A stretch of 64,000 bases of DNA, from assembly GCA_963836075.1 (NCBI GenBank), contig CAWIIB010000009.1:2688001-2752000 (forward strand). Direction: 5' to 3'. Position numbers and translations under genes: made by a program. A model generated the notes under the pieces. That model saw only the letters and a list, made by a program, of their open reading frames with translations. It searched no databases and was not told the origin of the DNA. Of the stretch, positions 21,186 to 30,511 are shown in pieces. Each line of letters opens with the position of its first letter. The first letter of the stretch is position 1. Source of the stretch: an uncultured Acidobacteriota bacterium. Its GTDB lineage: Bacteria; Acidobacteriota; JAQAZP01.

Positions 21186-21532
21186 CTTGAACCTGTTCTC
21201 CCGGCGATCATGCTGGTCACCCAGCCGCCGAGGAGGCTGGAGGACAGGATGATCAGCGCCGACCAGCCCAGGCCGGAGCCGACTCCCTGCTTCAACTGTT
21301 CGAGTCCGATGTTTCCGAGGAAGAGCAGGATGAGCAGGTAGGCCGGCGCGATCAGGGCCAGGGACCAGGCCCCGAATTTGTGCGGCCTTATTGCGGCGGC
21401 GATGCTGGAGGCCACCAGAAACACCACCGCGTCAATATAGAGGAAGATCGGCAACATTCCATAGATGACCTTGCCGATCGCCAGGGTCATACCCACGCCG
21501 AGACAACAGAAGAAAAATCTTGTATCGCTCAT
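21182..21532 (-). CDS. small membrane protein (about 4 TM)
   Basis: Hydrophobic 116 aa; GAGG RBS; 4-nt overlap with the downstream gene. Confidence 0.65.
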   Translation of the reverse strand: MSDTRFFFCCLGVGMTLAIGKVIYGMLPIFLYIDAVVFLVASSIAAAIRPHKFGAWSLALIAPAYLLILLFLGNIGLEQLKQGVGSGLGWSALIILSSSLLGGWVTSMIAGRTGSR

Positions 21533-22057
21533 CGGGATTCCCTCAGCATGGTTAAGATATTAAACATATATATACGAAACGTTTCCGACGGCAATTGGTT
21601 CGGTGATTAGTGAAAATTTCGTGTCAAGAGAATCGGTGATACGAACTCCGAACCCTCGCCGCGTGATCTCGAGATCAACCGGTATTCCAGGAATTCCACT
21701 TCCGCCAGTTGCTGAAATTCAACTGTTGAAGAGCGTTTCGGCCATGTTGAATTCCCCTCGGTGAATGCTATTATCCCCCTCGGAAATTGTCAACGTAGGG
21801 ATCGGTAAAATCGAATCGCTTGAAATGGAAATTCGCTCACCATAAATAGGTAATAACATACCGCCTGGGCGGAAGAGGTGATGCGGCGTTGAGTATGCGG
21901 GGGATGGTATCTGAATTCAAATTTCGGGGAGGACCGGCATCGTCGGTCACACGTGTAGTCCGGACGGTTCCACCATGCCGCTGATCAGCATCTGTCCGCG
22001 AAGATACAAACAGGACCAGACCTGAGTCGGTTATCCCGCCAGCGGAACCCGGGCAGG

Positions 22058-23771
22058 CTACTCCCCGTTGTTCTTCAGCAGGCGGTAGTTGCGGCGCCGG
22101 GCGATGGGTTTGGGGTAGGGGTAGTCGGTCTTGCGCAGCAGCAGCTCCTCCACGCTGTCCGGGTCGCCGGCGCCCTGCTCGGCGGCCTGGGCGGTGATGG
22201 AATCCAGGTTGGACAACAGCACCCGCACCAGTTCCGGGTCGAGAACGCTCCCCGACAGCTGCTCCAGTTCGGTGGCTGCCGATTCCAGCAGCTCGGCGGA
22301 CGGCCGGAGGTGCGAACCGGTGAGCAGGTCAAAGGTGCGGCAGAGGGCCAGAATCCTCGAGCCCAGAGGGATCTCCCGCCCGCGGAGCCGGTGCGGGGCT
22401 CCGGAGCCGTCGTAGTGCTCTCCCTGGTGGCGAATAATCCGCAGGGCTTCTTCGGGCAGACCCAGCGGCCGGAGAATCTCCACCCCCCGTTCCACCGGGT
22501 CAATGCCCGGGATGTCTGCGTTGCCGGCAGCGGAATCGCCAAAGGCCCCCACCTCGTGCAGCAGGGCGGAGGTACTTGAGCACCCGGATGCTCTGCGGCT
22601 TGGAGAGCAGGCGCCGGCCCAGCTCCACGGCATAGAGCGCGGTGTGGCGGCAGCGGGTGCGGGTGGCCGGGTCGTGCAGGCCCAGGGCCCGCAGCAGCGC
22701 TGACACCGCGCCGGCCAGGTGGTGCTGTTTGACCTGGGGTACCAATTGCGACGCGCTGGCCTTTCTCCGGGCCGGCTTGTCGTGGCTCTGCGGCTTCCAG
22801 CGCATGCTGCTGGTGATGAACTCCAGGTTGTTTTTCTGGCTGCAGAGGAAGTAGCGGTTGCGCCCCATCTTCTGCACCGAGGCCAAGGCGCTCTCGGCCA
22901 GGGCCAGCAGCTGTTCCGGGCGCTCCAGGTGGTTGTGCGGGTAGCAGGAGATGCCCAGGGTGATGGTCAGCGGCGGGGTGAAGCGCTCCCGGCCGGAAAA
23001 GTGGGCCTGGATGCTCTCGCGGACCCGCTCGGCAAAGGCGATGGCCCCGGGGACCTCGGTGTTGGGCAGCAGGATGCCGAATCGTCCCTCGGCCACGTGG
23101 GCCAGGATGTTGTTGCCCCGGGAGGTCCGGGCCAGCACCCGGGCGACGCTCTCGATGGCCGCGTCGCGCTCGAAGAGGCCCGTTTTCCGTTCGATGGCCT
23201 GCAGCCCGTCCACCTCGGCCACGATGCAGGAGAGCGGCTCCTTGAACCGCTCCACCCGTTTGAACTCCTCCTGGAGCCGGCGCACCAGGTAGTTGCGGTT
23301 GTAGAAACCGGTCTGGTCGTCGAGGAAGCGTTTGTCTTCGGGGAGCGGTTCGGTGGCCTGCTCCATCCTCCGCTTGAGACCGCAGAGATACTGGAGGCGC
23401 AGGGTCACTTCCTGCCGGTCGAAGGGCTTTTGCTGCACGCCGTCGGCGCCGGAGCGCACCGCTTCCAGGCGGGGTTTTACCCCCCGGCCGCCGTGGAGGT
23501 AGAGCAGCGGCACGTAGGGCAGGTTGGTGCCGTCAAAGGCGGTGCGGATTTTTGAGCTGAGGCTCAACGCCTGCCGGGTGGTCAGCCGCTCGCTGAGCAC
23601 GACGCAGTCCGGGCCCAGACGGCGGATCTCGTCCAGCAGGGCATCGTCGGTTCGGGGCGTGCAGAAGCGAAACCCCTCATCCTCCAGGGATTGCGCCAGC
23701 TGATCCACGAACCCGCTCCGCTCACCGATCACCAGGATGGTATGCTCCCGGTTCTGGTTGTGATCGCTCAT
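22058..23771 (-). CDS. REC-GGDEF-HD-GYP protein, degenerate motifs, apparent frameshift near 22571
   Basis: DDQTGFYNRNYL, AEGRF in place of GGDEF, TITLGI; HD-GYP-like ALLHEVG, EHYDGSGAP..LRGREIPLGSRIL in a second frame. Confidence 0.8.
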
Positions 23772-23850
23772 CCGCCCGCCTGTCTGGAAGTCTGGTAAAA
23801 AAAGCCCTCGGGTGTATTCAGAAACCTTTTCGGCTCTTCCGGTGAAAATA

Positions 23851-23879
23851 TTGACTACACGATGGACACCTGCAACAAT
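23851..23879 (+). promoter_or_regulatory. putative sigma70 promoter
   Basis: TTGACT-N17-AACAAT. Confidence 0.35.
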
Positions 23880-23920
23880 GATACCTGTTTACCGAACCCC
23901 AGTGAAGGAAAAGAACCACC

Positions 23921-24283
23921 GTGATCTATCTCCTCATTCTGCTTGTACTCATCTCGGCGGCAACCCTGGCGCTGGTCTGGTTCCTGCTCAAGCGATTCAC
24001 CGGGCACCTGCAGCTCCAGGAGCACCGCCTGCTGCGGATGGAACGGCTGGTCAGCGACCTCTACCAGGAAAAAACGGTCAGCCTGGTGCGCCAGATGCAG
24101 GGCCGGATGAGGATCGAGCACGAAGCTCACCGGCAGGCGCTGAACCATTCGGGCGAGGCCTGGGACGAGGTGGAGGCCCTGTTCCGGGACGAGGACAACA
24201 ACTTCTCCACCGCCCTGAGGATCCTCCTCGAGGCGCGCCGGATGTACGAGGAGCGGATGAAGCTCCTCGACCGTTTGAGCTGA
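23921..24283 (+). CDS. small N-terminally membrane-anchored helical protein
   Basis: TM segment then charged helical region; AAGGA RBS. Confidence 0.65.
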   Translation: MIYLLILLVLISAATLALVWFLLKRFTGHLQLQEHRLLRMERLVSDLYQEKTVSLVRQMQGRMRIEHEAHRQALNHSGEAWDEVEALFRDEDNNFSTALRILLEARRMYEERMKLLDRLS

Positions 24284-24483
24284 ATCGGCCGGCTCCGGAT
24301 GCCCCGCACCCCGGGGGGCGAATATTTTCATGAAATATTTGATTTCCGGTTTTGCTGATGATAGACTCCCCCTCTTTGAATGTTCGGCTGTTTTTCGGCA
24401 AGTATGCCTTATGAATATATTTGCCTTGAGGTAATTTTTTTCACACGAGGGGCTCTCGAAACCTGGAAGGGGCTGATTTCTGA

Positions 24484-24684
24484 ATGGAGAACCCGCTGGA
24501 AGTAAAGGTTCAGGATGACCTGGAAAAGGCCATCCGGGTGCTGAAACGGAAGATTGCGCGCAACGGTATTCTCAAGGAGCTGAAGAAACGACGGTTCTAC
24601 GAGAAGCCCAGCGAGCGGCGCAAACGCAAACGGATGGAAGCTGCCAAACGCCGCAAGAAAGCGATGCGGACGGGCCGCTATTGA
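24484..24684 (+). CDS. rpsU: 30S ribosomal protein S21
   Basis: LEKAIRVLKRK..GILKELKKRRFYEKPSERRKRK. Confidence 0.95.
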   Translation: MENPLEVKVQDDLEKAIRVLKRKIARNGILKELKKRRFYEKPSERRKRKRMEAAKRRKKAMRTGRY

Positions 24685-24693
24685 TCCTGGCGG

Positions 24694-24742
24694 AAAAGAA
24701 CCGGTAACGACGCCCTGGGCTCTCGTCACCGGTTCTTTTTTT
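24694..24742 (+). terminator. intrinsic terminator after rpsU
   Basis: AAAAGAACCGGTAACGA...TCGTCACCGGTTCTTTTTTT stem plus U-tract. Confidence 0.8.
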
Positions 24743-24783
24743 GTCCGGACGTACCGCAGGCGCCGGTATTGATGGGTGGGAAG

Positions 24784-26190
24784 ATGTCGAAGATGGCCGG
24801 GGATGCCGCCGACGATCCCTATCGCGGGTATCGCGGGGCGGCCAGGGATAAGCTGGAAGCATGCGGTGTGCGGGTCTGGAGCGAAGTGACCGCCGACACC
24901 ACCAGGGGCGGGTTCCGGGGAATCGTCCTGCCGCGATCCGAAACCGCCGACGACCGTCACGTGGTGCTCAAGCTGAAGACCGGGTACAACGTGGGCCTGG
25001 AAGTGGACTCCATCCTGGCGATGGAGGAAAAGGGCTACCGCAAGATCACCTATAAAATCCCGGCCAAGGATGTGCCCCACAACCCGGACCTGCCCAACGT
25101 GACCCTCTTCGGCACCGGCGGCACCATCGCCAGCCGTCTGGACTACCGCACCGGCGCGGTGATCCCGGCCTTTTCACCGGGCGAGCTCTATGGCGCCGTC
25201 CCAGAGCTGGCCGAGATCTGCAACCTGAAGACCATCAAACTCTACGGCGAGTTCAGCGAGAACATCGGCCCCGAGCACTGGAAGGGCACCGCCGAGGCCG
25301 TGGCCCGCGAGATCGAGGCCGGCGCCGGGGGGATCGTCATCGGCCACGGCACCGACACCATGCATTTCACGGCGGCGGCGCTCTCCTTCATGCTCCAGGA
25401 CCCTCCGGTGCCGGTGGTGATGGTCGGCTCCCAGCGCTCCAGCGACCGTCCCTCCTCCGATGCCGCCCTCAACCTGATCAACGCCTCCCACGCCGCGGCC
25501 TATGGCGACATCGCCGAGGTGATGGTCTGCATGTTCGGGCCCACCAGCGACCAGTACGACCTGCTGCACCGCGGCACCCGGGTCAGGAAGATGCACTCCA
25601 GCTACCGCAGCACCTTCCGCACCATCGGTGACATCCCCCTGGCCATGATCTCCCCCGGCAACTACCGCATACTGCACAAGGAGGTCAAGAAACGGCGCAC
25701 GGACCGCTCCGTGAAGCTGAACACCAGCTTCGAGGAGAAGGTGGCGCTGGTCTCCTACTACCCCAACATGCAGCCCGACGTGCTGAACAGCCTGATCGAC
25801 AACGGCTATCGCGGCATCGTCATCGCCGGCACCGGGCTGGGCCACGTGAACAAGGTGGTCTACCCCGTGCTGCAGCGGGCCAGGGACGAGGGCGTGGCGG
25901 TCTACATGACGGTACAGACCCTCTGGGGCTACGTGCAGATGTATGTCTACGACACCGGGCGGGATATGATGGAGCTGGGAGTGATCCCGGCGGCCAACAT
26001 GCTGCCCGAGGTGGCCTATGTCAAGCTGGGCTGGGTGCTGGGCCAGACCGACGACCTGGACGAGGTGCGGCGGCTGATGCTCACCCCGGTGTCCCACGAG
26101 ATCACCGACCGCGAGCCGCCCAACGGCTACCTGATCTTGCAGGGCGGCATCCCCGAAGTGGAAGAGTACATTCTCAGTCACAGGAAATAG
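24784..26190 (+). CDS. gatD: Glu-tRNA(Gln) amidotransferase subunit D (archaeal type)
   Basis: GatD N-domain (GIVLPR..VVLKLKTGYNVG) plus asparaginase fold GTGGTIASRLDYRTGAV, HGTDTM, GSQRSSDRPSSD, RGTRVRKMHS, MLPEVAYVKL. Confidence 0.92.
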   Translation: MSKMAGDAADDPYRGYRGAARDKLEACGVRVWSEVTADTTRGGFRGIVLPRSETADDRHVVLKLKTGYNVGLEVDSILAMEEKGYRKITYKIPAKDVPHNPDLPNVTLFGTGGTIASRLDYRTGAVIPAFSPGELYGAVPELAEICNLKTIKLYGEFSENIGPEHWKGTAEAVAREIEAGAGGIVIGHGTDTMHFTAAALSFMLQDPPVPVVMVGSQRSSDRPSSDAALNLINASHAAAYGDIAEVMVCMFGPTSDQYDLLHRGTRVRKMHSSYRSTFRTIGDIPLAMISPGNYRILHKEVKKRRTDRSVKLNTSFEEKVALVSYYPNMQPDVLNSLIDNGYRGIVIAGTGLGHVNKVVYPVLQRARDEGVAVYMTVQTLWGYVQMYVYDTGRDMMELGVIPAANMLPEVAYVKLGWVLGQTDDLDEVRRLMLTPVSHEITDREPPNGYLILQGGIPEVEEYILSHRK

Positions 26191-26203
26191 ACGGCGGCTT
26201 TGA

Positions 26204-28171
26204 TCAGCAGCCCAGCCTGGCGGCCAGCAGTTCCGCGGCCTGGCGGCCGGGGACCCGTCCGCCCACCCGGGACATCAGCAGGCCCATGGTGTGGCGCTGC
26301 CGCTGTGCCGGTCCGGCAAAGGGGATCTCCGCGGTGAGCGCCAGGGCGGCGTCCGCCTCGGTTTCCAGATCGGGCAGCGGTTGCCGGGGGTCGAGACCCA
26401 GGCCCTGGAGGGCCTGGTCCAGCGCCCCGTCACCATCCCCGCCGCTGGCGGTTTCGGCGAGCAGCGGCAGCAGCGGCCGCAGGGCTTCGGGGTAGAGCTT
26501 TTTCTCGGCCAGCAGGCGGAAGAGCTGGAAGAGATCGTCGTCGGTGATGCTCTGCACCCGGTTGGTGAGGCGGGCGGCATGCTTCAGTTCTTCCAGCAGA
26601 GTGGAGGCCACCAGCCGCGGATCCAGATCCAGCCGGGACAAGACCTGTTCGGCCAGCGCCCCCCGTGGTGAGACGGCCAGGGCGCGGGCCGCCGGGGCGG
26701 CCAGCCCCCGGACGGCAAAGGCTTCTTCGCGGTCCCACGGTTTCGAGTTCAGCACGGCGGTGATGCGGGCGATCCGGTCATCGCCGATGGCTTTTGGCGG
26801 CATGTCGGTGTCGGGATACATCCGGTCCGGCCCGGGAAGGATCCGTTCGAAGTCGGTCCGCCCGTCGGGCCGTGGCTGCCGGGTCTCGCTGGGCACGCCC
26901 TCGGCCGCTTCGGCGGCGCGGATCACCACTTCCTCGGCCGCGGTGGCGGTGTCTCTTTCCGGTCCCCAGACCAGGACCACGGCGTCGTCAGCGCCGGCGG
27001 AACACTCCTGCCGCACCTCGTCCCAGATCCGGCGGTCCGGCGCCCCGGCCGCCTCTCCGTCGGCCTGCTCGGCGTGGTAGAGGTTGGGCATCCGGTCGAG
27101 ACAGGCGATGACCCGCACCCGGCCGCCCAGCTCGTCGGCAAAGCAGGTTTCCGGCTGGGTGGGCCAGGGGAGGATCCCTTTGAACCCCTGCAGCCTGACA
27201 GCCCGGACGTTCAGCCCGGCATCGCCGTCCTCCGCCAGGTGCGTGCTGATCCTGCTGTCGCCGCCCCGGTGGCGGAAGAGGTCGGTGACCTCCACCGTGC
27301 TGTGGCCGTCTCCCTGCACCGATTCGGGGGTGATGCCGCGGGTCCGCAGTTCATCCCTGATGTCCAGCAGCGCCTTGTGCCGGTGGGCCTCCACCAGCAC
27401 CAGCTGCTCGATCAGCGGGATTCGCGACACCCCCTTGACCTCCACCCGGGTGGAGCCATCGATGCTCACGTTCACGTCCTGGCGGGCCGCTCCGGCGCCG
27501 CGCCGCACCTTGCCGGTGACCCGGGCCAGCCGGGCCAGCTCCCAGCCCACCGCCGCCGCTTCCTCGGGGGTGTACATTTCCGGTTCGGTCACCGTCTCGC
27601 AGAGCGGTATGCTCAACCGGTCGGTACGGTAGGTCATGATGTGGCCGATGTCGCTCACCTCGCGGCAGGCGTCCTCCTCCACGGCCAGCTGGCGGATGCC
27701 GATAGTCCGGCCGCGGAAGGGAATCCCGCCGTCCACGCCGATGATGGCCGTGCGCTGGAAGCCGGCGGGGATACTGCCGTCCAGATACTGCTTGCGGATG
27801 ATGTGGATTTCCCCCACCAGGCTGCAGCCGAGCATCAGGGCCAGCTCCAGCGCGATGTCCAGGGCCTGCTCGTTGAGCTCGAAGGGCGGGGCGTCGTCCA
27901 TCTCGTAGGTGCAGACCGACTCGCTGTTCAGGCGGTAGATCACATCCTTGCGGGTTTTGAACTCCATCAGCGCCGTGCCGTCGTATTCCCCCATCTCGGA
28001 GAGGGTGGGGCGCATGTGACGGAGCACCTCGGCGTCGAAGCGCTTGCTGTAGAGGCGCGCCGGGCAGCGGCAGAAGAGTTTTTTTTGGGTCAGCAGCTGC
28101 TGGTGGATTTCCAGGCCGCAGCGGAAGCCCAGCCCCCGGAAAGCGCTGTCGGACAGAAGCTGAAAGCTCAA
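26204..28171 (-). CDS. gatE: Glu-tRNA(Gln) amidotransferase subunit E (archaeal type)
   Basis: GLEIHQQL..KKLFCRCP, RPTLSEMGEYD, DGSIPAGFQRT, EEDACR, RQDVNVSI, RVEVKGV, insertion domain, VPSETR, LPGPDRMYPDTDMPP; TTG start after GGGAGGGAG. Confidence 0.92.
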   Translation of the reverse strand: MSFQLLSDSAFRGLGFRCGLEIHQQLLTQKKLFCRCPARLYSKRFDAEVLRHMRPTLSEMGEYDGTALMEFKTRKDVIYRLNSESVCTYEMDDAPPFELNEQALDIALELALMLGCSLVGEIHIIRKQYLDGSIPAGFQRTAIIGVDGGIPFRGRTIGIRQLAVEEDACREVSDIGHIMTYRTDRLSIPLCETVTEPEMYTPEEAAAVGWELARLARVTGKVRRGAGAARQDVNVSIDGSTRVEVKGVSRIPLIEQLVLVEAHRHKALLDIRDELRTRGITPESVQGDGHSTVEVTDLFRHRGGDSRISTHLAEDGDAGLNVRAVRLQGFKGILPWPTQPETCFADELGGRVRVIACLDRMPNLYHAEQADGEAAGAPDRRIWDEVRQECSAGADDAVVLVWGPERDTATAAEEVVIRAAEAAEGVPSETRQPRPDGRTDFERILPGPDRMYPDTDMPPKAIGDDRIARITAVLNSKPWDREEAFAVRGLAAPAARALAVSPRGALAEQVLSRLDLDPRLVASTLLEELKHAARLTNRVQSITDDDLFQLFRLLAEKKLYPEALRPLLPLLAETASGGDGDGALDQALQGLGLDPRQPLPDLETEADAALALTAEIPFAGPAQRQRHTMGLLMSRVGGRVPGRQAAELLAARLGC

Positions 28172-28254
28172 CGGATCTCCCTCCCGGCCACCATTTTCCC
28201 CGGCGGCACGCTGTCCCGAGCCGGTCAATGCCCGGCAGGGGTGCAAGCCGCGCT

Positions 28255-28283
28255 ATCTTAAATGGGGCCCGGCGGAGTGTCAA
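28255..28283 (-). promoter_or_regulatory. sigma70 promoter of gatE
   Basis: TTGACA-N17-TAAGAT on the minus strand. Confidence 0.65.
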
Positions 28284-28653
28284 GATTTCCCGTTGCCGCG
28301 ATGCGAAGAAGAGACTTGACATCCGGACGCCGCGGACCAATATTAGATCCTGTCAGCGCACCCTGCTCGAAAAGCGACTGTTCGACTCCCGGCCCCGCCA
28401 TCCGGATGAGCCTTGTCTGCTGTCCCTGCTGCTCCAACGGGCCGCCAACCCGTGCCAACTGAATTTTCCAGGTTGACATAATTATCGTTAATGAAGGTCA
28501 CCTGCTGTTCCGATAGGAGGAGCAAGGGTGTAGTGACCGCTCCACGGTAGCAGTGGAGACGTGTTTCCCGGTGCAGTGTCCGACGAATTCGCTCTCACAA
28601 CCGAATTCAATACTTATCTGTTTTGCGTTTCCGTAAAGCGGAAGGTGTCACCA

Positions 28654-29478
28654 ATGAAAGACACAACCAAGCAGGAACAAAGTGTCGAGGACCGGTCCGG
28701 CATTGTCGGCTCAATCCGGACCGACAAACTGAAACCGCTGGCCAGTCCTCTTGAGCGGCGCGGGAGCGGTCCGCTCACCGCCGCCGAGCAGCTGCGACAG
28801 CGTGAACGCCTGACCGCCATCGGCGAGATGGCCACCACGCTGGTCCACGAGATCAAGGCCCCGCTCAATGCCATTGGCGGGTTTGCCCGGTCGATGCTGA
28901 AGAACAACACCGGTCCGGTCTCCAACAAGGAACCGCTGGGCATCATCGTCAACGAGGTGTCCCGGCTGGAGCAGTTGCTCGACAACGTCATCGGCTTCGC
29001 CAACCCCGAGCGGATGCAGCTGGTGTCCTGCTCGATCAACCGCCTGGTGGCCGAGACCGCGGCGATCCTGGGGCCGATGTGCCGGGAGTCGAAGATCGAG
29101 GTGCGGATGGCTCTGGCCGAGGATCTGCCCGATCTGCTGCTGGACCGCAACCAGGTCCACCAGGTGCTGGAGAACCTCTGCGCCAACGCCAAGCAGGCCA
29201 TGCCCCGCGGCGGCGAGATTTCCGTGACCACCCGCCTGGTGGGCCGGGAAGTGGAGGTGCGGGTGGTGGACACGGGCCACGGCATCCCGCAGCTGCTGCA
29301 CCGGCGGGTCTTCGAGCCCTTCTATTCCACCCGCAGCATGGGAACCGGCCTGGGACTGGCGGTGACGGCGCGGGTGATGGCCGGCCATGGCGGATCGGCC
29401 TTCCTCGACGGCACGGTGACCGACGGCGCGGCCTTCTGCCTCCGTTTTCCTGTTCCGCAGACCACCCGTGGTGCATAG
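28654..29478 (+). CDS. cytoplasmic histidine kinase (HisKA + HATPase only)
   Basis: ERLTAIGEMATTLVHEIKAPL, NLCANAKQAM, DTGHGI, FEPFYST, GTGLGL. Confidence 0.9.
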   Translation: MKDTTKQEQSVEDRSGIVGSIRTDKLKPLASPLERRGSGPLTAAEQLRQRERLTAIGEMATTLVHEIKAPLNAIGGFARSMLKNNTGPVSNKEPLGIIVNEVSRLEQLLDNVIGFANPERMQLVSCSINRLVAETAAILGPMCRESKIEVRMALAEDLPDLLLDRNQVHQVLENLCANAKQAMPRGGEISVTTRLVGREVEVRVVDTGHGIPQLLHRRVFEPFYSTRSMGTGLGLAVTARVMAGHGGSAFLDGTVTDGAAFCLRFPVPQTTRGA

Positions 29479-29528
29479 AAAAACCCTTCTCCCGATCCGA
29501 CCGTTGCGGACCGCGAGAGGGGTTTTTC
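29478..29528. terminator. bidirectional intrinsic terminator
   Basis: GAAAAACCCTTCTC...GAGAGGGGTTTTTC between convergent genes. Confidence 0.7.
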
Positions 29529-29549
29529 AATTCCGTTGCCGGGCCGGGA

Positions 29550-30272
29550 TCAGTAGCGGCCCACGTCCTCGGGGATGCGGGTGGTGATCATGTCGCTGCC
29601 GGGCTGCCAGCCGGCCGGGGCGGCGTGGCCCGGGTTGGCGGCCACCGCCTGCATCGCCTTGACCTGCCGGATCAGCTCCTGCACATTGCGGCCCACCGGA
29701 CCGGCCAGGACTTCAACGCCCTTGATCGTCCCCTGGGGGTCGATGATGAACCGGCCGCGCTGGTTGAGACCCATGTTCGCCATGTAGACGCCATAGGCCC
29801 GGGACACCGCGCCGTTGGGGTCCGACGCCATGGCGTACGCTACGTTCTTCACCGTGGGGGAGGTTTTCTTGAACATCAGGTGGGAAAAAATGGTGTCGGT
29901 GCTCACTGCGATGACTTCAACACCCAGACCCTGCAACTCGTCGTAGACGTCTGCGACCGCAGACAGTTCGGTGGGTCAGACAAAGGTGAAGTCGGCGGGG
30001 TAGAAGCAGACCACCCGCCACTTCCCGTCGTAGTCGGAGAGCTTGACCTTCTTCACTTCATCACCCACCACGGCATCCAGCTCGAAGTTGGGAGCCTTCA
30101 TCCCGGGCAGGGGCACACCGCTCACCGGCTGGGCGGCATCCGCCACTGGCGCTGTGGCCTGGGGCGTATCGGCATCCGGGGTGCCGCAGGGCCCGAGTAC
30201 TTCGGCGGCGCAGGTGCCGGGGATCAGGAGCAATACCGCCACAATGGCGGCGGCGGACAGGACAGTTTTCAT
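29550..30272 (-). CDS. exported AhpC/TSA-type peroxiredoxin selenoprotein (Sec at TGA 29976-29978)
   Basis: [16 protein letters not shown] with TGA at the peroxidatic Cys of FTFVCPTE; in frame with [25 protein letters not shown]; signal peptide; SECIS-like hairpin. Confidence 0.92.
29948..29965 (-). promoter_or_regulatory. bacterial SECIS-like element
   Basis: After UGA: UGUCUGC-GGUC-GCAGACG (+11..+28), 7-bp stem. Confidence 0.85.
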
Positions 30273-30511
30273 CGAGTATCTCCTCTGGTTTACGGGTCAC
30301 GCGGCAGCGGATCCGGCCGCGACGCTCACTCCACAGTCACGCGTAACCCTATAATTAATGTAGGGATTAGCTCCCATTGGCCGACACCAGTTAGATGATC
30401 ATCAGCACGATTGGTTACATGTTTTTCAGAATAATTCAGGATGGTTGGGACAGGGGGGCAAGAAGGTAAAGTGTGGTGCGGGGCCGGACCGGGTCCGGCC
30501 CCAGGGATGAA

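Noticed and set aside
18562-29978. Genome-wide UGA reassignment or nonsense pseudogenes as explanation for the in-frame TGAs
   Set aside because: Many genes here (pyrF, rpsU and others) end normally at TGA; the two internal TGAs fall on catalytic Cys sites and share a SECIS-like hairpin
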